Source: Ostrea edulis
Taxonomy: Eukaryota
Assembly: GCF_947568905.1 (NCBI RefSeq)
Contig: NC_079166.1
Location: 92,318,001 to 92,382,000, forward strand
Direction of reading: 5' to 3'
Length of the DNA: 64,000 nt
Of this stretch, positions 60,391 through 64,000 are shown piece by piece. Under the pieces are notes generated by a model. The model was not told the origin of the DNA, did not search any database, and was given only the letters and a program-made list of their open reading frames with translations. The translations under genes were made by a program, and so were the position numbers. The number at the start of each line of letters is the position of its first letter. Position 1 is the first letter of the stretch.

Positions 60391-61554
60391 CATGTTTAAG
60401 AATTATTAAAAAAAATGAAGCTTAATATCCTATTGTTTTGGGTGTAGGTCATTTATTAATATTAAAAAACTGAAGACACTTTTCAAGTACCACACCATAT
60501 ATACGCCTCATGTACTTTCACTTCGCATGTTTACTTAAGATGTCAAGGGTCATATGACGTCATTTGACCAGATTATACAAGACGCAAATAGATGATCATA
60601 AATCGACACGGCGCACAGCCAGCTGTACATAAATCAATAAAAACATGACATGATAGAAAAGAATAAGTTTCACAGAATCGAGTATTCACTGTCCAAATTG
60701 GATCATCCGCTTGCAAATAAGTTAAAAATGGCCCACAAGATGAAAACCTACCCCTGTACTTTGTTTATTTGTGTTTTTTCTCGAGTTCAGTGTATTGTTC
60801 AAGAATATTTCAAGATTTGGACAGTGATTTCTAGATAAAGCCTTGTTCAAAGCTTTCAAATAATCTCATGGTTCCACAACACATTTATTTTCCTCTTACC
60901 GCCGTCCAGTTTTATCTTCGATATGCATGTAAACACGCTATCTAATTAATATTCAAACGCAGCACTGATGTAGAATATTGATCCAAAATTAGATACTGGA
61001 AAGGGAAGTAACACGGCGGGAAAATTACAATTTATTATGTAAATGTATACATGATACATGTACGCAGGACAACCAATGTATTTTAACCAAGAAACATTTA
61101 CTTTAGTTTTAATCTTTTAACTCTCTATATATTGTTTATTCGCCAATCAAGGTTCCTTGGGAAGGGGGGGGGGAGCATGTACAGTAATGAAAATAAGAAA
61201 ACAATCATTCAGAATTACTAATACTATCAGAGTTCACACTTCTGCACTGCACATATCTATAACTATATATGAAATACTGATTGCAGACAAGATTTAAATT
61301 AACAACATGATATATACAATAAAATAACCCAACTGCTTCACACATCAGTTTCTGAGACAGTGGATAGGTCCAAGTGTGTTGTGTGAATACATATAAAATT
61401 GTAATCAAATCAGTATTATTGTAGTTTAGTAAGTACAGTATGCAAGTATAAAACACATGTACATGTAGGATCCAGTTGTTCTGAATGTTTTATGCTAATG
61501 CAGAGAGGTTAGAATAGAATAATTATATAAATGAAAACAATTGATTGTATGAAT

Positions 61555-61611
61555 GTAAAACTTATACGGTACCAATTTGAATGCACCAGATGCGCATTTC
61601 GAGTGTTCAGT
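61555..61611 (-). mobile_element. Truncated third copy of the hammerhead-bearing repeat, core broken
   Basis: GTAAAACTTATACGGTACCAATT..TGCACCAGATGCGCATTTCGA is present, but stem II and CUGANGA are degraded. Confidence 0.7.
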
Positions 61612-64000
61612 AAAGAAAGTATGAATTGTTGACTTGATTACAGGGGGCACCAAGGGACAGTGCCTGTTAACAGTCTGGTAATAAATATATTGTACCGGAC
61701 TGTTGGTCTTGTACTCCCAGTAACCAAGACATTTATATTTAACAACTAATTTCAGAGACATTTTAAACTATAGTTTGTATTCAAACATTGTACGTTTGTA
61801 ACGACATAATGATAACGAAGCGGATAAAAGATCTGTTTACAATCAGATTATTTAAAGTCCAATCTTAAACCTCATGAATGAATGACAGTCTGATACCCCC
61901 CCCCCCTTTCCCCTATCGTCGTCAGGGACCATTAGAAGGGAGCTGGTTTTAATCAGACTACACACATAAATATGCATGCACTATCTACCTTCGATCTATG
62001 CCTAAAACGAAATAATTCCTTCAAACAAGTGTGTAATATATGTATTACATATATTAAAAAAAATATTTCTTTGCTTTGGTATGAATACAACACACCAGTA
62101 TCTATATATTTTTTTTGAAAATTTAATCTGATGCAAAGAATTATGCATTTAATTTCACAGAGATCGGTGCGGTGTTGAATTATCTTATCTGCATTATCTC
62201 GAACACATCATACGTGATGGCCATTAGTACAGCAAGTTCTTATATTTCTGAGCTTAATAACAGATCGAACTCAGTGCGTAATTTGTAACTGACGATTCGC
62301 GGTGCAAATCATGTGCTGATCCAGCAATATAGTCTCGGGTGTCAATCCCTGCATTGGGGTGGGGGTGTCTAAACAAGGTTACAAACATGCAGTATCTACT
62401 AAATAGATGTAGAATATATACAAAAATATGATACACTACATGTATGTTTTCATGAAACACTGTTGAAGGGTGGTTGTCTATATCTGGACCCATGCTGCTC
62501 TTGCAATGAAACACAGTTTAGGGAAGGGGATAACTTAATTTGATAGTTTTAAAATCGATTAAAATGTCATGGAGTTATTACTTTTCAAATTGAGTGGGTT
62601 TGGGTAGGAGTCTGGACCCATGCAGCATCTGCACTTGCAATGAAACATACATAATGAGGTGGGGGGGGGGGGGGTATATGTATCTTGTTCTACAATGAAT
62701 ATTTGTATTATATCACTGTGTATATTAAAAAAATCCGTGGGAATACCTAATGACTCGAGTTGGATTTCTTTTAGAAATTGTTTAAGGTGACAACTTGAAA
62801 ATCAAAATTGCTTTCAACAAAATATGTATCTAGAATACAGCCATCATACAAGCTACTGGAAAACCAGAAGTGACACATACTCCTACACTACTTGGGGAGG
62901 GGGTATATTTTCCCAGTTTTAAGAAATATTCTTAATTCATTATTGAAAATAAAGATAAGTGGCTGCAGTGTGTAAAATATCTAGTTCACCAAATGAGTGT
63001 CAATCTTTTTACTTCATTTGACACCCCCCCCCCTTCACTCTCAAATACTTTTTATCACTTGACCATGAACATGTAGAAAGATTAAAATTTGAAGTACTCA
63101 GTCAATGCAAAGTAATTCAAAGTGAATTTCAATTAAGTTTCAATAAAACTATTTCTCATTTTGTTTTGTGTTTAATTGAAAACATTCATAGAACACAAGA
63201 TTAGATGCTTTTTCAGCAGCATTTTCTTCATATTAAAACTTGACAGTTTACTAAAGTTCGTAAGCACAAATGTAGATGACAATTCACATCACTGAATTCA
63301 ATTAGTGGATATCCTGGTTTGACCACTATGTACAGCGTAGTAACCAGCTGATGGAGATGAATATTATCTACTGGAGTCAATATGGCTGTCATCTGTGGGT
63401 ACTAAATGAAAAAAAGATGAAAGTTGCCAGTCAAAAATATTTAAAACACAATACTGTAGGTCTAAGTGTTCAAGTTTATATGTGCATTATAACATAAAAA
63501 CATTCAGATTTCATACCATACAGCAATATCAAAACATGCTTCATATGAATTTTCTCTTATTTATCATTTTGAATAAATTAATATTGACTAGATGTAAACA
63601 ATGCCTATAATTATGTATATCCAGTGCCTGGTTGGATTATTTAAAGTTTGTAAAAATTACCTTGTATGTACATTTGTGGTCACTGGTCTAGAGATGTGGA
63701 AAATTGGAAATATCATGCTGTTTGAAAAGTTCACATTCTTGTTGGTATCATGCACATCTGTAAATAGCATTATCTCATATTATAAATACATATGCCGCAA
63801 ACATTCAATGTATTAAAGAAGGGTCTCAAATACACATAAAAAATTTGGGCAATCAGTGTGCATTCAGGGTCTTTTATTTTTCTTCCATTTATTCAAACTG
63901 TAATGTAAGCGAAAATATCCCAAGTTTATTTTTTTTTTCTAGTATGTCACTTGATAAAATTAAATGTGACTGTAAATCTAGAGCATCAAAATTAATGTAG

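Overview
AT-rich, intron-containing animal genomic DNA. The repeat content (Naiad-type Penelope-like RT, tRNA-headed SINEs, a HINE-like satellite element) points to an oyster-like bivalve; this is inference. Three spliced + strand loci can be reconstructed by hand. (1) An intact 4-exon FAD-dependent oxidoreductase of 468 aa (3460-9956) resembling the bacterial polyunsaturated fatty acid isomerase PAI. (2) An intact 4-exon claudin/PMP22-like tetraspan gene of 237 aa (22149-28031). (3) A 5'-truncated giantin (GOLGB1)-like pseudogene (~30051-57461) with many nonsense codons and frameshifts but a recognisable C-terminal TM anchor. One of its exons is split at a TTAA by a 5.2-kb piggyBac element whose decayed transposase is itself interrupted by three phase-consistent GT-AG introns. 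Other notable items: minimal type I hammerhead ribozymes, three independent minisatellites that each amplify a splice donor, a hAT MITE that duplicated a splice acceptor, a 4.4-kb TA-flanked element with a spliced cargo gene, and a satellite with seven ERE-like IR3 palindromes. All homology calls come from motif recognition, not database searches. Repeat boundaries are approximate.
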